DNA of 63,040 nt, counting the filler, from Blastocystis sp. subtype 4 (taxonomy: Eukaryota), in the NCBI RefSeq assembly GCF_000743755.1. It is 29 parts of 29 records of this genome, joined end to end, with 100 filler letters (N's around TTAATTAATTAA, not from the genome) between each part and the next. Parts side by side here need not be neighbours in the genome. Positions count along the whole stretch, not along the records: positions 61,098 to 63,040 come from NW_014568805.1; 28 more parts are not named here. One strand, written 5' to 3'. Numbering within the stretch: position 1 is the stretch's first letter; every line of letters begins with the position of its first letter. Below the pieces are notes generated by a model. The model saw only the letters and a program-made list of their open reading frames with translations. It was not told the origin of the DNA and searched no databases. This document shows positions 61,262 to 63,040 of this stretch, one piece after another. The translations under genes and the position numbers were made by a program.

Positions 61262-62372
61262 ATGGATTTGATATTTCTATCATTCTTGATTCCCTTTATC
61301 GTTCCTTATTCTATTAGTTGGTTTACAGATAATACAATCCCTCCTTCTTTTGCTTCTCCCCTTTTTCTTCGATCGAATACTTATCGTTCATTCTTAACCA
61401 AATCTCTCATTTCTAGAATCATTATTCATCTGCAAAGAACAGAAGTGCAATTCAATAGAATACAATCAATACTTGAGTTTTGTTCCTCTTGAGTATCGAG
61501 TTTGTGATGAATGTGAAGTGGAATTGGATTGTTATCATCGATTTGGAAGGCCTTTCTCATTTAGAACAATCAACAACAAGAATTATCCTACAATCCCTTA
61601 TGGAAGTGGAATGGAGTATTTGTGTGTTCCTTATCTGAATCTTCATTCTCATTATCGATTATTGATTCTTGTAGTGTCAGCAGCAAGAGAAACTAAAGAG
61701 AGACAGATTCTTCGAAATCGATTCTCTCGATTCTCCAATCAGAATATTCGATTTCTATTTGTGATTGCATCAGATCCTGCATTCAATGATGAGGTGAAGA
61801 GAGAGAGTATTAGTAGTGAGGATATACTTCAATTGAATCATATTGATTCTTATCATAATCTCACTCTCACAACATTTGGAGCATTTCAATACATTTCTCA
61901 TTTCTCCAATATAGCAGATTATGTGATGAAGACTGATTCTGATTGTGCTTTGAATATCAATCGGATTCTTCAAATCATTGATTCTCTCTCTCCTGAAGAT
62001 GTGTACATTGGTAATTGTAATCCAAGTACCATCTACAATACAAAATGGTCAGGAAAGAACTATGTTCCTCCAGAATTAGTTGGAAATGAGATTATTGTTC
62101 CTGATTATGTGACAGGAGGAGGATATGTGATATCTTCATCTGTTGTTGGAAAGATGGTTGTGGGAATGAGACATCTTGAATTCATTGCTCATAATGAAGA
62201 TGTGAATGTTGGAAAAGCAATGAAATCAATAGGAGTGAAATGTACTCACATTCAAAACTGGATAGCTCGATATGGATGTAGAAGTGAAGAAGAGTGTTTG
62301 AAATATCCAATCATTCACAAAGACAAATCAGATGATGAAGTGAAAGTGTTTTGGAGTTATATCCTTCATTGA
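61262..62372 (+). CDS. Beta-1,3-galactosyltransferase (GT31), intron 61386-61416
   Basis: LLILVVSA...RQILR; DILQ..HIDSYHNLTL; YVMKTDSD; PDYVTGGGYVIS; NEDVNVG; N-terminal signal anchor. Confidence 0.9.
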
Positions 62373-62579
62373 GGATGTTTGAGTGTCAATTATGATCATT
62401 ATCAACAGATTGTTTGTTTCAAACACGTTCGATATCATGTCAATGCTTCTTCCTTATTACAGATAGGTTGAATAGGTGTTGAATTCATTCTCTTCACCCT
62501 CAATGATTCTCTATTCATCACATTCCTCTTCGTTACATGAGCTGTCAAATAGTCATTTGCTACTTGATACTGCTGATTA

Positions 62580-62908
62580 TGCGTATGTTGAAGGATATGA
62601 ACTTTGTAAGTATCTTTCCCTGATATCACTAGATTGAATATCGCATTTCCAGTATTGAGTTTATCCATCAATTGATTGATATCCCATGTTCCTGGATTGA
62701 ATATGATTTGAGCACCATCAATAACAACAATCTGAGTGGATGTGATATTGTGTATTTTGGCATCTGCAAGAAGAGATAATCGAGTGATATAACTGTTGTT
62801 AGGGAGTTGAATATCATTATTGAAATTGATTTTAGTATGTGGATTGTTAATAGGAATGGTGATGTTTGTGATATTGATGAGATTGAGTTGAATGGCATCT
62901 TTGATCAA
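62580..62908 (-). pseudogene. Penton/minor-capsid-like N-terminal fragment
   Basis: INFNNDIQLPNNSYITRLSL...IHNITSTQ...IIFNPGTWDINQLMDKLN; the ORF then runs into repeat D. Confidence 0.45.
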
Positions 62909-63040
62909 TGAGATAGAATAATCACATATGTGATAGTGTTTTGATATTCATTAGAAAGGAATACTTTCCAAATGAACTGTTGTTACTCTGTTTATTCTCA
63001 TTCAATGCTATTGCTTGTTCTCTCATTATTCCTTCTTCAC

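Overview
This is not contiguous DNA. It is 29 short contigs (mostly about 2 kb) joined by 28 artificial 100-nt spacers (N44-TTAATTAATTAA-N44), so gene order across spacers is meaningless and ORFs running into N are artefacts. The source is an AT-rich eukaryote with ~29-32 nt GT-AG introns and a TGTTTGTT 3'-processing motif, which points to the gut stramenopile Blastocystis (inference). The contigs are rich in repeat-broken, accessory DNA of four kinds. (1) Nine fragments of a large surface-protein family (putative-Ig/He_PIG plus Cys-rich modules) with interchangeable C-termini. (2) Four MORN/LRR-family genes with near-identical phase-1 micro-introns at repeat boundaries. (3) Several glycosyltransferases. 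(4) Dispersed pieces of an endogenous Polinton/Maverick-like (MELD-type) DNA virus: an rve integrase, penton-like genes and fragments, six AGTAGT-initiated termini (two bounding a ~0.9 kb mini-element), and two palindromic origin-like arrays with different repeat cores but a shared spacer motif. Housekeeping genes include V-ATPase E (3' end), ARPC5, DPH2, PUS1/TruA, MON2 (5' end), beta-adaptin, ABCB and ABCC transporters and a DUF1295 membrane enzyme. The ABCC gene shows a probable poly(A)-created stop codon. DPH2 and PUS1 sit between the same two flanking repeats. All protein assignments are from motif recognition by eye; no database searches were run.
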